From Lama glama (taxonomy: Eukaryota): 64,000 nt of DNA. Shown here in pieces: positions 54,701-63,180 of the stretch (position 1 is the first letter of the stretch; each line of letters starts with the position of its first letter). Both the position numbers and the translations under genes were made by a program. Where the stretch lies: assembly GCA_028534125.1 (NCBI GenBank), contig CM052816.1, positions 45,572,001 through 45,636,000 of the forward strand, in the 5' to 3' direction. The notes under the pieces are model-generated. The model searched no databases, was not told the origin of the DNA, and worked only from the letters and a program-made list of their open reading frames with translations.

Positions 54701-57700
54701 CATTTCCTCTGGAATCTTTTGGAAAATGTTACACGTTTTAGTCAGGTGATTTGTACAAATAATTCCATTACATATTCCTAAATTAGTTTTCTCTTTTAAA
54801 AGAATGGCTTTATTAATAATAGTACTAATATTCATTTCCATTACCAAGGCAATAACCATGCTAAACTATTTCTGTAGGACTCAGATCCCCTCAAAATTTT
54901 AATGTGCATTCATCCAAACAGCTACTTTATTTTTTTTATTTCAGTATAGTCAGCTACAATGTGTCAATTTCTGGTGTACAGCCTAGTGTCCTAGTCACGT
55001 ATATACATACATATATTTGTTTTCACATTCTTTTTCATTAAAGGCCATCACAAGATACTGAATATAGCTCCCTGCACTACACAGAAGAAACTTATTTTTT
55101 TATCTATTTTTATATATAGTGGTTATCATTTGCAAATCTCAAACTCTCAAATTTATCCCTTCTCACCCTCTTCCCCTCAGTAACCATAAGACTGTTTACT
55201 ATGTCTGCGGGTCCCAAACAGCTACTTTATTTTGACTCACTACAAAATTTAATGGAAATAGATATTTTGTCTTATATAAGTTAAAAACAGAAACACTACA
55301 TGGCTCATATTATTTCTGTAAAAAAAATGGGATATATGTTGTTTTCAAGGAAAAAAACGGAACAGAAAAAGAACTTTTGACATATTTAGAACAGAATTTG
55401 TAATAGTAACGAAAGCTCAGCTAGCTCTCAAAGGCCCCTTACAAACCCTAATTTAAGTGTTACCCAAGTACATCATAAAGACCTCATTCCCATGTCCTAA
55501 TAAGGTGAGATTCCCCATATCTCTGAGTCTATATGAATCCCCATGGACACTTTCTCTTTTACTTCATTCATGTAAGCTCCTCTTCTCCACATCCTAAAAT
55601 GGAAGAGTGTTGTCCTTTCTCGAGGCAAGAGTCTGAGGGAAAGGAGACAGGTTTCCACACCTGTTCAAAGTGCAGTTCCCTTTGTTACTTAGAACTGTTA
55701 CTTAGTTACCTTTCTTTATTGCCCTGAACCCATCATCCCTCTGATCCAACGTCCTGACTCTGAGAGTGCACCATATGATATCTGGTAGGTGGTGCCTTAT
55801 TCTTAGAGAGCCTAAGTACAAGCCAAGCACTTAACCTCTCTCCCCACTGAATCCCTGATATTTGACACCTACACAGTGTCACCAGCGACTGTTGGTTCTA
55901 AGAGAAAAAAATGCCTTCAAGGAAACCAAAAATAATATTTCTCTTTTGTCTCATAGTCAGACATTATTACACCTGAATTCTTCATCATATACTCACATAA
56001 CAAAATAAATTACCAGATGTTTCATGATTTAATAAAAAATAATTATTAAACAACAAGAGAGAGTTATACATGTAACATTTACCTCATCTGGAAGCGAGTA
56101 AATGGTGATATTTTTTGAAAATTCCTGATCTCCAAAGAAAATAGTCCCTTGGACAGGAAATACATCTTGTGTGAAGTCTGGACTAACCACCCATGACACA
56201 TTAACATCACCAAAGTTGCCTTGATTTCTTATTATATTATAAATAGCTGTGAAACACAAAAGCATATAACATGTATGAATATATATTAAATAATTTTAAA
56301 ATGATAATTAAAGAAATTGCTCAAATAAAAGTAAAAATAAGGGTTTTTTTCTAGTAAAAGCCAATTATTTGCTTAGCCCAGCCTCAAGGTGTATATATAT
56401 ATAAATGTAATAACCTAGTCTTCCCTCTGTAGGTATACAACTGACAGGAAAGATCAAGTCCATTTATTTTATCACAATTTGCGATTTTAAAAGTCATTTA
56501 GCATTGGGAACATGGTGGTGACTAACTAGGTACACTCATCACAAAGTCCTATAAGGATATTTGCTAGAGAAAACTGCACACTCGAAAATGATTTCTTTAC
56601 CCAGACAGAAATGGCTCTAAAAAAGAAGCTATTCTCATTTCATGCCACTGCAAGAGTTCCCAAGCAGTAACTCTTAGTTTTAAAGTTTTTTCTATTAGAC
56701 TAAATTCATTCTTTTGAGTGTTTGAGTTCCACTGCATATATTTAATTGAAATCAAAATATAACTGAAGTATCATCACAATACTACATAAGAAATAAAAAT
56801 AGCAATCTTAAATATGATTTTTTAAAAACACCGATTTCTGCACTACATGTAATCCCTAAAGCAGATGGACAAATAAAAATAACTATTTACTAAAGAAATT
56901 AAAAAATGACTAATTTCTTCTTTTAGTAAACAGTAACAGAATATAAGAATTAGAATAAATTACCACGATAGGTATCATCCCCTTTACTTTCATTTATCGT
57001 AACAATTAGATCATCAGAAATGAATTCTATAATCCCATGGGGATCATCATTTTTCAGAATCGTTATGTTGACAACTGTAGCACTTCCCAACTTGCTCTCC
57101 CGCTCACCATGGCTGCTGAGGACCACCCAATAATGTTCATCCAACTAAAAAGAACATGTCAAATTAGGAAAAAGGAAAAGTTGACATTTTCAGGGCAAAT
57201 AAAAATATATATATTCAAGAATATTAATACTGCCAATTTTCTACAAATATACCACTTACTAAAAGGACAAAAGAGCTGATATTATCATTTTTTTAATTTT
57301 TAACATTCTCCCATCAATTAAGAGAGATATCAGATATAAGTACACACTATACATAAAAGGAAAGGTAAACAATGATTCTACACTAAAATAGAAAGACTGG
57401 AACTTGTCATGATGATCTAGTCATTTTACCTAAGAAAAGTAAATAAAATAATAAAATTAATTTAAAAGTTATATATGATCTTATATACCTTCTCCATTCT
57501 GGGAAACTAATTTTAAAAAAAGCTGTATATGCATTGGTGTGTTAAAAAAAATGAGTATCTAGTTTCATTAATATAAAACTTAAAATTTATTGTCTTTAAA
57601 AGAGTAGTATTACAGAAATACTTCTTTAACTCAAAACCATTATCATTAAAAGTTCAGTCAACACATAAAATAAGGTTTTAACACAAATAAAGCTGAAAGG

Positions 57701-60700
57701 AGAGGAAAACTGATTACACACTGAAAGTTTCAGATTGTTTAGTATTGCTTTATGTAGGACAAACATGGACCATTCAAATTAGAATGAGTCTTACTTTGTT
57801 TCTTAAGTTTTTTTTTTTAATTTTCCAAACATACATACTTCTCAACCCTTTCTTGCCCTCTTCCTTCCCTATATCTCCTTGCCAATCTTCAAAATATTTA
57901 TATCTATAATATACTAGGTACTATCAACTTTCCACAAAACACAAGGGAAAAATAAAATCCCGTACCTCTGGTATCCCATCCAATCTTGTTAGCAAGGTGA
58001 TTATGATCTCCCTTTCCCCAGGTTTAAATTCTAGTACCCCCATGTTTCCGTAGAATTCATTGCTGTTTCTTGGCTCTACTCGGTAGCGTAGAAACTGCTT
58101 AACCAGAGCACCCCTGGAGCGGATGATGTGGAGCTCCACAGAATCTCCTTCCTTAAAAAAAATACACCAAAGTTCAAATTCTTCAAGACTGTTCTAAAGT
58201 TGTGAGTACAAACAGATTGAAGTCTCTCTCATACGTACTTTTATAACATAGGGACCTCTGAAAGCAGGAGAAAACTCAAAAATTCCCCCAGGATCGTCAT
58301 TTTCCAAAATAATTAGGTCACGGCTGGTGTATCCAGATTTCAGCACTTGGTTTTCCACATTGACCCTGAAGAAGTCAGAAGGAAAAAAGGCACCAGCTAC
58401 CTATAGTTTTCTGAATTCTGAAGCCTTATTTACAATATTTATAACACCTCCAGATAATGAATATGAAAGTTGTGAGGAGTTGAAACTTTAACTGAATTTA
58501 AGTGTATTAAAACCACTGAAGATCAAAACAGTTTTACTCACAACATTTATGGAAGAACTACTATATCTGAATTCATTGTATCTTTTATATTTGACTGAAA
58601 CCAAACAGTACATACGTAGATCAAAAATACAATAATCCAAGATTTCAATATATTTTATAAAGTAGCATCAAATTTATAGATCTATTTCCAGTTTTAAAAA
58701 ATTTTAATTTGAAACATGTAGTTTAAAAATATATTTAAATAAAAAATTTTTAACTTTGCATACACTTGAATTTCTTTTAAAAACTCATTACATGAGATTA
58801 CACTAACTGAATAAAAGTTGGAAAACTGCTTGGACTAACAATGACTGAAAATAAACAAAATTGTGACTAGATTTTAGAAATATTTTGTAATCTTTAATAT
58901 GATTCTATTCACCTTGATTTTAACTGCATGCATATAAAAGAAAATGCGGGACATACACAGACAGAAAAAAAAAATGGAAAAGAATGGACTTGAGACACAT
59001 GACCTGCTATAGCAACTCCCATAAACATCTCAAAAGAACATATTAAAACAAGATGTTTTTGTATTTCTGGTTTTTATGTTCAGTGTATAATTAGAATGAT
59101 CAAAGGGACTGGGACTGTAAGGCTCTGAGGGTTTAAAAGCCAGCATACTCTGAGAATTCTCAATCCTGAAAGCTGCTCTAAACCTTTCCAAATGTCACTT
59201 TCTATTGAATCAAGAAGTACCCCTGGTCAGACCTCAAAACTACAATGTAGCCACAATTAATATGTAGAAAGAACAGCACACATCCTGTGTAATAAAGAAT
59301 CTGAATTAACACCCTTCCCCAGCTTTTAGAATTCCAATAATCAATACCTAACACACTAGTGGCCACAGAAGTTATAGTCCAAGTAATAAGATGGTTATCT
59401 TTTTTACATACAACTGCAATCATATGATTTTCATAGCAAGTTTGCCCATATTTTATTTACAACCATATTTTCATTAACTAAAATGTCCTATGTCCATATA
59501 AACTAGGAGACAAAACAGGATCAAAATGTGAAATATAAAAATCCATTCTGAGCATTAAACTAATGAATTTGTTGTTAAAATTTCTTAAAATAAGCCACCC
59601 TTTTGAAAAAAAGCATATTTTTAGTAAGTTCTTTATACAAAAACTGAGAGAATATAGACAAGAAATTGCTTAGATGAACTCAAAAACCAATGGAAAAGAT
59701 GAGAGCACTGGTTCTGAATTCTCTGTTAAGCTACAAAATTGATAAAAGACATTAAGAATCTCACAAGCAAAGTACACTAATTGTTATCTTGCTTATATGT
59801 ACACTATAATGAAAGTTCAAACTTTTTAGTTCTTCAAAACATGTAATTACATAAATTCTGAAAAATTTTATCAAATACTTAAATGTATTCATAATTTAAA
59901 GCTCTTAATACAAAAAACCCTTCAGATAAGCTACCCTTATCATTAGAAAATAAAAGGATACAAAAAAGCATGCACAGGCAGGTGGACAAGCAAAATTAAT
60001 CAAGACCAGTGGGCATGCAGAAAGGCAGCCTTGTCCAAAACAATGGCTTGCAAAGCAAAATGTTGGATCATCAAAAACAAGGCACTCTTTAGGACACTTA
60101 CCCAAAATACACGACAAACCTTTCGGTTTCTACCCTGTCAACAGAGAAAGAAGTATGGGAGGGGGGGAAGAGGCAGAGACACTATTCGCCAAAATCTCAC
60201 CAATACTGCTGGAAAGTGAATGGCAGGGTAAAAATAAAGCTAAAGAAAGCCTTCCCCACCCCCAACCCCCTACGAGCTAGTCATGTTCACTTTAAGGGAA
60301 CTCTGCACACTGGGTTCTTTGCTATTGACAAATGCTAGCAAGAGGTTTGGCAGTTCCCACTTAGGGAAGATGACCCCATGGCTAGCCAGCATGTCAAGCC
60401 CCGTTGCAGACATTCCTTTCCAGGCCTGCCTCAAGGCGCTGGAGCCTGCCAAGCACTGTGCAGGCTTACAAAACCGCAGCAGCTGAGCAAATTTCATTCA
60501 GCCCGACTTATAATTACTTAGCAGCTTTAATTAGGTTTCAAAAAAATAAAAAACCTACATCCTCAGATCTAAAGCCAGTTATTCTTTGAAAAACTAAAAC
60601 CTCTATCAACAGAGAAACATACATCTTTCATCGTTTGTGTACGAATATACTCAAGAAGCCAAATATCATGGTATCTTTTAATTATGACAAATCTTACTTA

Positions 60701-63180
60701 AATATAACTTTATATCAGGAAATTCAAGCACTTTTCCAAATTCGCACTGTGTTGCATTTTCAAGTAGCCTCGAGAAATACATCAGCATGTATAGTTCTAG
60801 TACTTCATTTCTAAAGTCAAATAATACTATAAATAAGGAGTTATTCTCTACATACATACATCACAAATTTTTCTGAAATAAATTGGCATCGTGAAATTGT
60901 TTCTGATCTGGGAAAAATGAAACAAAAATATTTTTAACTAGTATGGCATCATAAACTGTTTCGTACCAGGGCAACTTTTAGCTATATTTAATTGAAATAC
61001 AGGGAATTTTCATTCGAATTTGACATTAAAAGAAAAATGTACATGGTACCACAATAAAGTGTTAATTTTTTATTGTTGCAATATTTTACTGTTACTTTTG
61101 TTAATCACACTAGCATTCATTCATCCGTTCCTTTAGTTTTGTTAAAAATTTGCAAAATTGAGATGGAGTTTTTATAAAATATGTTATTTTAAACCATACA
61201 TTTGATTCTCACATTTATTTAATTAAACATGCCTTAGAACACTTTAATGTAATTTGTTCAGGCACAACTGAGATAATCCAAGTTTGCACTAGTTACTAAT
61301 TGAACTGAAACATTTTAGTATAAATTTGAACTAATTTCCTCTATTTGAAAAGAGAGGAACCGATAATTTCTGAAATTCTCTACCCCATGGTTTGTACTTG
61401 TGTACAGCTTTTACCCATAGTAAAGAAAGAGAAATTAAAAACACTTAAAAATTATATTTAGTTAATTTCAAAGGTTTACATAAGGTTAAAAAATGATTAT
61501 TTTGAAAGAATAAGAATAGTCATTACGAACTTGCAGAGGTATAATTTAAATCATTCTTTAAACATTTAGTTCAGAACAGAAACTCTCAGCTGAGCAACAA
61601 AGTTTCTATAGATTGCTGTATTTTTGGTTTATAATTGCTGTTCCTTTTTCTTAAGTTTTTTTAATATTGCCCATTGATTTATTAAGTACTCTAATCTAAT
61701 TTAAAGGAAAAAATCATATAAGTGAAAAAATAATAATTTTCAGTTTATCTTACATTGTATTTCACAAATTTTTTCAACACATGAAATATTTTTTCTTAAG
61801 ATTTAATGCAAAATATATATTAAAACCGTAAGTCATTTAAACTGTATGTGTGTGTCGTATTTGGGTTTTGCTTTTTGATTTTTTGCCTGTTTTGTTGTTG
61901 TTGTGCTTTGTTTTAATTTTTATGTTGAAAAAAGGAAGAAAACACAATGTGGTTCTGAAAGAAAACAAAACAAACAGCAGACATTCAACAGATTTGTTCC
62001 CTACATTCTGTATTTTTCTTTCACATAAAAATAAAAACTACTTATAAGGTTTATAAAATGTGTTTACACAATACACCTTTATAGAAAAACCTGCAAGAGT
62101 AAAATCTGGAGAGGACCGGGAGTTATAAAACAGAATTATTACTACTTCCATCCTAATTAATATGATACAAAATAGCACCTATTAAATTCATCTACGAATT
62201 TTACCATTTCTAAAGTAAGAGTTCTGCAGAGCCCTCAAGTCACACTGACCTTTACTAATACGTATCTGTAGTAGACAATCTTGGTTTCGATTTTTTAAAT
62301 TAATTAATATCAATTAAACACAGTATTTTTTTCATTTTTGGAAAGAATTCTCTGAATTATTGAAAAAATTTCTCTTTGAGAGACTGTGATATTTTCTCAA
62401 TATAAATTACCTACTGAGAAATGTTAAGTAAATCCTTATTATTACTTAAAAATACCCCTTAAGTTTGCATTATTTTTCATTCTCTGGAAAGTAAGTATTA
62501 TTTAATGTTTAAATTCCATGTAAAGCGCGAATTTCATTATATGAAGATTAACGCTTTCTTTCTACTCACACAAAAAAGCTCTAATCCTCTCCCCTGTTGA
62601 AAATGAAACCAGCAGAGCTGTTTGCCTAACCTAACATTTTAGATTTTTTGCTGCCTACTTTTTGAATATAGCAAAATATAAGCTATGGTTAAGATTTATC
62701 TAATACCTTCCATAAATTCTCTATGTAATGTTTCTTCACAATAAATACCAGGTTAAAGTTAACTATGTCATAATATTCACGGTCTAACCAGAAGCCATCA
62801 ACAAACAGCAGAAAAGTCAGAAGGTCAACGTAACATTACCTACTTAGTTTTTTGTTTTTACTTTATATGGAAGAAAGAATTAAGACAAAAAAGAAAATTA
62901 TTTAAGAGAACTTGAAGACATAAACATCACTAAACATTACCTAAATGGGCTATTACCTGTCTAAAGAAAGTGTTACCGTCTCATTCATTTCTGGAATGTC
63001 ATCAGCTTTGACAGTAATGTTGATTGTTGTGTTACTTTGCCCAGATAAAAACACAACAGAGCCATTAAAGGGTCCTATGTCGTCCAGGGTCACTGCTTTC
63101 GAATTAAAGCCAGAGGGCTTCAAACTCCAATGGACAGTAGCCTGCCCATCAGTTCCATCCCGATGTAAGGGAATGCATAT
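6522..63180 (-). CDS. ADGRV1: ADGRV1 (VLGR1/GPR98) internal portion: 24 exons, 6139 coding nt, Calx-beta repeats + LamG/pentraxin domain; incomplete at both ends
   Basis: Minus-strand ORF fragments carry repeated Calx-beta signatures (DDxxPExxExFxVxL, I.ANDDPxGxxxF) and peptides recognisable as ADGRV1 (e.g. [32 protein letters not shown]). All 24 exons are bounded by AG/GT and join in phase. Confidence 0.98.
8552..8593. repeat. 14-bp unit x3 tandem repeat (tatcagtctacata)
   Basis: Two identical copies and a third with one substitution. Confidence 0.9.
8753..9564 (-). CDS. ADGRV1: ADGRV1 exon (~33), 812 nt: [15 protein letters not shown]...ILTFAE
   Basis: gttttag|C acceptor, AAG|gtgagt donor; matches ORF 8745..9539. 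Confidence 0.96.
10360..10541 (-). CDS. ADGRV1: ADGRV1 exon (~32), 182 nt: [13 protein letters not shown]...NITVRR
   Basis: tttttag|GTT acceptor, AG|gtatat donor. Confidence 0.95.
11740..11984 (-). CDS. ADGRV1: ADGRV1 exon (~31), 245 nt: (G)[12 protein letters not shown]...DDVPEIEE
   Basis: ctttag|GT acceptor, GAG|gtgaga donor; internal alternative donor at 11823. Confidence 0.95.
12187..12473. mobile_element. Short hAT-Charlie-type non-autonomous element
   Basis: Starts cagaaatcataaactcagatgcccgcaggggtcaggca, internal gatgttgccagat, degenerate inverted end. Confidence 0.5.
12677..12892 (-). CDS. ADGRV1: ADGRV1 exon (~30), 216 nt: (G)[11 protein letters not shown]...DDPYGLF
   Basis: tttgtag|GT acceptor, TTG|gtaatg donor. 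Confidence 0.95.
13133..13350 (-). mobile_element. 5'-truncated L1 3' end with poly(A)
   Basis: Poly-T on + strand, L1 3'UTR motif (tagttccctgtgctatacag), perfect 14-bp TSD tcatgccttcattt (13119-13132 / 13351-13364). Confidence 0.85.
13860..13882. repeat. (CA)n microsatellite
   Basis: About 11 CA units. Confidence 0.9.
14568..14783 (-). CDS. ADGRV1: ADGRV1 exon (~29), 216 nt: (I)[12 protein letters not shown]...PVTAIA
   Basis: ctttcag|TT acceptor, CTG|gtgaga donor. Confidence 0.95.
15047..15069. repeat. (TTTG)n microsatellite
   Basis: About 5-6 units. Confidence 0.85.
15485..15823 (+). mobile_element. CpG-rich element, probable young ERV solo LTR (5' boundary uncertain, 15416-15507)
   Basis: ~27 CpGs in ~330 bp in an otherwise CpG-poor window; AATAAA at 15734-15739; ends TGCAACA; flanks look like a split L2 remnant; no clean TSD found. 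Confidence 0.55.
16900..17110 (-). mobile_element. MIR SINE
   Basis: acatttattgaatgcttacc ... atagataaggaaactggggct. Confidence 0.6.
18410..19019 (-). CDS. ADGRV1: ADGRV1 exon (~28), 610 nt: [11 protein letters not shown]...EKVQNRP
   Basis: attttaaag|ATC acceptor, CAA|gtaagt donor; spans parts of two Calx-beta units. Confidence 0.95.
20005..20310 (+). mobile_element. MaLR LTR fragment (MLT1-type)
   Basis: ggtcatgtgacttgatttgacc...catgagtgaaaaatcaatctctgttgcagtaagccaatgagattttgg resembles MLT1 LTRs. Confidence 0.7.
20566..20705 (-). CDS. ADGRV1: ADGRV1 exon (~27), 140 nt: (A)[16 protein letters not shown]...STVVLN
   Basis: catgcag|CC acceptor, AAT|gtgagt donor. Confidence 0.95.
21711..21975 (-). 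mobile_element. 5'-truncated L1 3' end
   Basis: Same L1 3'UTR motif (ttccctgtgctatacag), T-rich tail, 11-bp TSD gacccatttgt (21700-21710 / 21976-21986). Confidence 0.85.
22160..22330 (+). mobile_element. MIR SINE, internally deleted
   Basis: tgggctttggaggcaggc...cactttctagctgggtgac...cacatagtaggtatcaataaatgg. Confidence 0.6.
22396..22476 (-). CDS. ADGRV1: ADGRV1 exon (~26), 81 nt, phase 1-1: (G)[26 protein letters not shown]
   Basis: tttttccttgtgaag|GG acceptor, ATG|gtaagc donor. Confidence 0.9.
22970..23150 (+). mobile_element. MIR SINE
   Basis: catcactaaacctcttggtgcctcactcttctcacctataaaa. Confidence 0.55.
25065..25194 (-). CDS. ADGRV1: ADGRV1 exon (~25), 130 nt: [43 protein letters not shown]
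   Basis: tttcag|AGT acceptor, GAG|gtaaga donor; not in the ORF track, translated by hand. Confidence 0.95.
26182..27315 (+). mobile_element. Tigger1 (TcMar-Tigger) DNA transposon, 3' half, degenerate transposase
   Basis: Peptides [11 protein letters not shown]...[11 protein letters not shown] and [22 protein letters not shown] match the Tigger/pogo DDE transposase; ends tatctctgaggtctgattg|ta, resembling the Tigger1 terminal repeat plus TA. Confidence 0.88.
27460..28170 (+). mobile_element. L2 LINE fragment
   Basis: Pyrimidine-rich L2 motifs (tagtccaag...atcacctcttgc, tactggtct...tgcatcc, tcactttcccagaaaagccttt). Confidence 0.7.
28606..30737 (+). mobile_element. LINE-1 fragment: degenerate ORF2 (RT to C-terminus) and 3'UTR
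   Basis: Typical L1 ORF2 sequence (tatgacaaacccacagctaacatcatactca, agaatcaatattgttaaaatg, atggattaaagacctaaatgtaagacc) with stops and indels; antisense ORFs 28758..30356 derive from it. Confidence 0.93.
30738..30940 (+). mobile_element. Second, diverged L1 ORF2 C-terminal fragment
   Basis: Peptide [13 protein letters not shown]...[28 protein letters not shown] is L1 ORF2; homologous to 29896-30100. Confidence 0.85.
31131..31296 (+). mobile_element. tRNA-Ala(AGC)-derived SINE, vic-1-like (camelid)
   Basis: Head GGGGAGGGTATAGCTCAAGTGGTAGAG...GGTTCAATCCCCAGTACC with A and B boxes, AT-rich tail, 16-bp TSD with one mismatch (31115-31130 / 31297-31312). Confidence 0.9.
31420..31625 (-). mobile_element. 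MIR SINE
   Basis: ttacagataaggaaactgagg core on the antisense strand. Confidence 0.6.
31626..31648. repeat. Poly-T tract
   Basis: 23 consecutive T. Confidence 0.9.
32072..32274 (-). CDS. ADGRV1: ADGRV1 exon (~24), 203 nt: (G)[14 protein letters not shown]...SPEDYQ
   Basis: cggccag|GC acceptor, CAG|gtaaat donor. Confidence 0.95.
32615..32772 (-). mobile_element. Second vic-1-like SINE with B-box deletion
   Basis: Reverse-complement match to the 31131 copy (gctaagcatgtgctctaccatttgagcta...ccccc) but lacking the ~13-nt tggggattgaacc segment. Confidence 0.85.
33423..33603 (-). CDS. ADGRV1: ADGRV1 exon (~23), 181 nt: [13 protein letters not shown]...ASDHPY
   Basis: tttatag|GTC acceptor, ATG|gtaacc donor. 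Confidence 0.95.
34380..34930 (-). mobile_element. L2 LINE fragment
   Basis: Purine-rich antisense L2 motifs (aggctggagtgggag, ctgaactaatgcagtgacaatggagatg). Confidence 0.6.
37134..37310 (-). CDS. ADGRV1: ADGRV1 exon (~22), 177 nt: [17 protein letters not shown]...PWQRSE
   Basis: tttcag|ATT acceptor, GAG|gtaaac donor. Confidence 0.95.
40649..42041. mobile_element. hAT-Charlie DNA transposon, Charlie1a-like (~1.4 kb)
   Basis: Degenerate terminal inverted repeats (caccagttctcaaa ... tttgagaatgactt), subterminal motifs and length recalled for Charlie1a, TA-centred 8-bp flanks. Confidence 0.75.
42700..43150 (-). mobile_element. L2 LINE 3' fragment
   Basis: atttattgagtaacttctatgt...ctaggtgccagagata and tttggagctgagacttgaatga motifs. 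Confidence 0.6.
44556..44929 (-). CDS. ADGRV1: ADGRV1 exon (~21), 374 nt: end of LamG (LRIGAG...[11 protein letters not shown]) and Calx-beta
   Basis: tttcag|GT acceptor, GAG|gtaggt donor. Confidence 0.96.
45655..45968 (+). mobile_element. Ancient L1 (L1M) 3' end fragment
   Basis: atgtggatgaatctcataaac ... tcttgatctgg ... aataaaa pattern. Confidence 0.6.
47109..47852 (-). CDS. ADGRV1: ADGRV1 exon (~20), 744 nt: Calx-beta part plus most of the LamG/pentraxin domain
   Basis: tactacag|GT acceptor, ATG|gtgagt donor; ALYFSG...FTFSAWV...WLHL...FYLDG is a LamG/pentraxin pattern. Confidence 0.96.
48382..48599 (-). CDS. ADGRV1: ADGRV1 exon (~19), 218 nt: [13 protein letters not shown]...LKLVNIS
   Basis: ttacatag|G acceptor, CAG|gtgctg donor. 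Confidence 0.93.
49248..49374 (-). CDS. ADGRV1: ADGRV1 exon (~18), 127 nt: (G)[41 protein letters not shown](W)
   Basis: atttag|GT acceptor, TG|gtaagc donor; not in the ORF track, translated by hand. Confidence 0.95.
50146..50168. repeat. (AC)n microsatellite
   Basis: About 11 AC units. Confidence 0.9.
51320..52750 (+). mobile_element. Ancient L1 3' region (L1MC-type)
   Basis: Motifs aaaactagaatgaaccctgtg, aggaaccagggctccttg, gacattctacaaaataact, aatgttaacttcctgatttt recalled from L1MC 3' ends. Confidence 0.7.
53347..53613 (-). CDS. ADGRV1: ADGRV1 exon (~17), 267 nt: (E)[11 protein letters not shown]...IILFNST
   Basis: atttcag|AA acceptor, CAG|gtaaat donor; Calx-beta repeat. Confidence 0.95.
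54592..54715 (-). CDS. ADGRV1: ADGRV1 exon (~16), 124 nt: [13 protein letters not shown]...NDDPIYFA
   Basis: ttttccaaaag|ATT acceptor, CAG|gtggta donor. Confidence 0.93.
54934..55213 (-). mobile_element. 5'-truncated L1 3' end
   Basis: Closely similar to the 13133 copy; TSD ccaaacagctactttatttt (54914-54933 / 55214-55233). Confidence 0.85.
56083..56246 (-). CDS. ADGRV1: ADGRV1 exon (~15), 164 nt: (A)[12 protein letters not shown]...YSLPDE
   Basis: tttcacag|CT acceptor, GAG|gtaaat donor. Confidence 0.95.
56964..57144 (-). CDS. ADGRV1: ADGRV1 exon (~14), 181 nt: [11 protein letters not shown]...KGDDTYR
   Basis: tttttag|TTG acceptor, G|gtaatt donor. Confidence 0.95.
57966..58151 (-). CDS. ADGRV1: ADGRV1 exon (~13), 186 nt: [14 protein letters not shown]...LDGIPE
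   Basis: ttttaag|GAA acceptor, GAG|gtacg donor; preceded by an 87-nt intron. Confidence 0.95.
58239..58365 (-). CDS. ADGRV1: ADGRV1 exon (~12), 127 nt: [42 protein letters not shown]
   Basis: ttcag|G acceptor, AAA|gtacgt donor; not in the ORF track, translated by hand. Confidence 0.95.
60102..60134 (-). CDS. ADGRV1: Candidate 33-nt alternative microexon of ADGRV1 (adds [11 protein letters not shown])
   Basis: ~45-nt pyrimidine tract ending ttgacag|, GG|gtaagt donor, frame-preserving in the phase-2 intron, no stop, two downstream TGCATG. Confidence 0.55.
62957..63180 (-). CDS. ADGRV1: ADGRV1 exon (~11), 224 nt: [20 protein letters not shown]...[16 protein letters not shown](R)
   Basis: Acceptor tttttatgag|ATA, donor AG|gtaata; open Calx-beta frame, ends in phase 2. 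Confidence 0.9.

Noticed and set aside
60201..60208. 5- or 8-nt exon-like unit (ttccag|CAG|TATTG|gtgaga) upstream of the 33-nt candidate
   Set aside because: Neither length keeps the frame, the 66-nt gap to the next acceptor is borderline short, and extension to 60102 hits a stop.
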